A DNA stretch of 64,000 nucleotides. It comes from Lama guanicoe (lineage: Eukaryota). The notes beneath the pieces are model-generated. The model was given only the letters and a program-made list of their open reading frames with translations. It had not been told where the DNA came from and did no database searches. The stretch covers positions 5,725,824-5,789,823 of the forward strand of contig MU054391.1 of assembly GCA_013239625.1 (NCBI GenBank), read 5' to 3'. A program made the translations under genes and the position numbers. Shown here piece by piece: positions 62,430 to 64,000 of the stretch. Every line of letters starts with the position of its first letter. Position 1 is the first letter of the stretch.

Positions 62430-63940
62430 CTCATCCTATCATTTACTGAGAGAAGAGTATTGAAATCTCCAACTATGATAGCAAGCAACTTTTCTTTCAC
62501 ATTCTATCAATTTTTGCTTCAGGTATTTTGTAGCACTATACTAGGTGCCTAATACTTAGAATATTTGTCTTCTTTATGAATTGACTCCTTTATCACTATG
62601 TAATGTCCTTTTTTCCCCCCGATAATATTTCTTGTTCCAGTGTCTACCTTGTCTAATATTAAGATAGCCACTCTGATTCTTTTTTAAATTAATGTTTGTA
62701 CACTGCATCTTTTTTCAGTCTTTTATTTTTAATTTATCTGTTTCTTAATATTTGAAGTGTATTTCTGGTTGGTAGTGTTAAATCTTGATTTTTTTAAAGC
62801 TAGTCTGGTAATCTCTGCGTTTTAGACTCTTTAGACCATTTATATTTAATGTAACTATAATAATGTTAGGTTTAAATTTACCATCTTGCTATTATTTATC
62901 CCATCTGATTTTTATTTCTTTTTTTTTCTTTTCCTACCTTTTTTGAATTAAGTTTTTTTTATAATTCCATTTTATCTCCACTATTGATTTATTAACTATA
63001 CCTCTAGTTTTTGAGAGGTTGTTCTGGAGTTTATAATATTCATCTTTAATGTATCACAGTCTACCTCAAATAGTATTATACCAGTACATGTACAGTGTAA
63101 GACCCTTACAACAATATACCTACTTCCAGTTCCCTTGTCCCATCCCTTAGTGTTAAACATTTTATTTTTACCTGTTAGATATTCCACAATGCATTGGGAT
63201 TATTTTTGCTTTAAAAAGTCATTTATCTTTTTAAGAAATAATGAAGAATCTGTAATTACTTTGGGTAATATGGACATTTTAATAGTATCAATTCTTACAA
63301 TCCATGAGTACAGAATGTATTTCCATATATTTATGTCTTCTTCAATTTCTTTCATCACTGTTTTACATTTTTCAGTGTACAGATCTTTAACCTTCTTGGT
63401 TAAATTTATTCCTAGATATTTTACCCTTTTGATGCAATTGTAAATGGGATTTTTAAAAAAAATTCTCTTTCTGATAGTTCATTGTTAGTGTATAGAAATG
63501 CAATAGATTTTCTTTTGTTGCGGGGAGGGGATTAGGTTTATTTATTTATTATTTTTAGTGGAGATACTGGGGATTGAACCCAGGACCTTGTGCATGGTAA
63601 GCATGCCCTCTACCAATGAGCTGTACCCTCCTCCCCGAAGCTGATTTTCATATATTGATTTTGTATCCTGCAATTTACTGAATTTGTTTATACTAACAGT
63701 TTTTTCTGGGTGGAGTCTTTAGGATTTCCTACATGTAATACCATGTCACCTGCAAATAGAGATAGTTTTACTTCTTTCTTTTTGATGTGGATGCCTTTTC
63801 TTTCTTTTTCCTGCCTAACTCTTCTGATTAGGACTTCCAGTACCACATGGAATTATATCCTTGTCTTATTCCTGATGTTAGAGGAAAAGCTTTTAACTTT
63901 TCACCATTGAGTATGATGTTAGATATGGGCTTGTCAAATG
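62430..63940 (-). mobile_element. L1 fragments (older L1M plus an ORF2 segment at ~63250-63940)
   Basis: tattgaaatctccaactatgat..; gggtaatatggacattttaatagtatcaattctt..ggttaaatttattcctagatattt..ctgcaaatagagatagttttacttc. Confidence 0.88.
63512..63636 (-). mobile_element. tRNA-derived SINE (vic-1-like) nested in L1
   Basis: tactggggattgaacccaggaccttgtgcatggtaagcatgccctctaccaatgagctgtaccctcc. Confidence 0.9.
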
Positions 63941-64000
63941 TAGGCCTTGCCTGATTTCTGATGAGAAGCCAGTCTGCTGTCATTCTTTTCTTTGTTATAC

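Noticed and set aside
1..64000. CRISPR arrays, operons, prokaryotic defence systems or foreign inserts
   Set aside because: The sequence is consistently mammalian (spliced gene, LINE/SINE/LTR content); no regularly spaced repeat-spacer array or gene-dense segment was seen.

Overview
Mammalian genomic DNA, most likely a camelid judging by vic-1-type tRNA-derived SINEs. The right part (about 38.6-64 kb) holds the CpG-island promoter and first eight coding exons of TAF1B (+ strand), the RNA polymerase I SL1/TIF-IB subunit. These exons give 810 nt / 270 codons, join in frame with canonical GT-AG sites, and the gene continues beyond the window. The left ~38 kb is intergenic and repeat-rich (L1, L2, MIR, MaLR/ERV LTRs, hAT and Tc/mariner remnants) and is GC-rich over its first ~15 kb. 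At the far left is a decayed minus-strand cTAGE5/MIA2-like retrocopy split by an L1 fragment, both showing an apparent AT-to-GC substitution excess. I found no evidence of a genuinely new biological system; nearly all ORF-track entries are chance or repeat-derived frames. Repeat family names and human-protein comparisons are from recalled consensus sequences, not from a search, and repeat boundaries are approximate unless target-site duplications (TSDs) are given.
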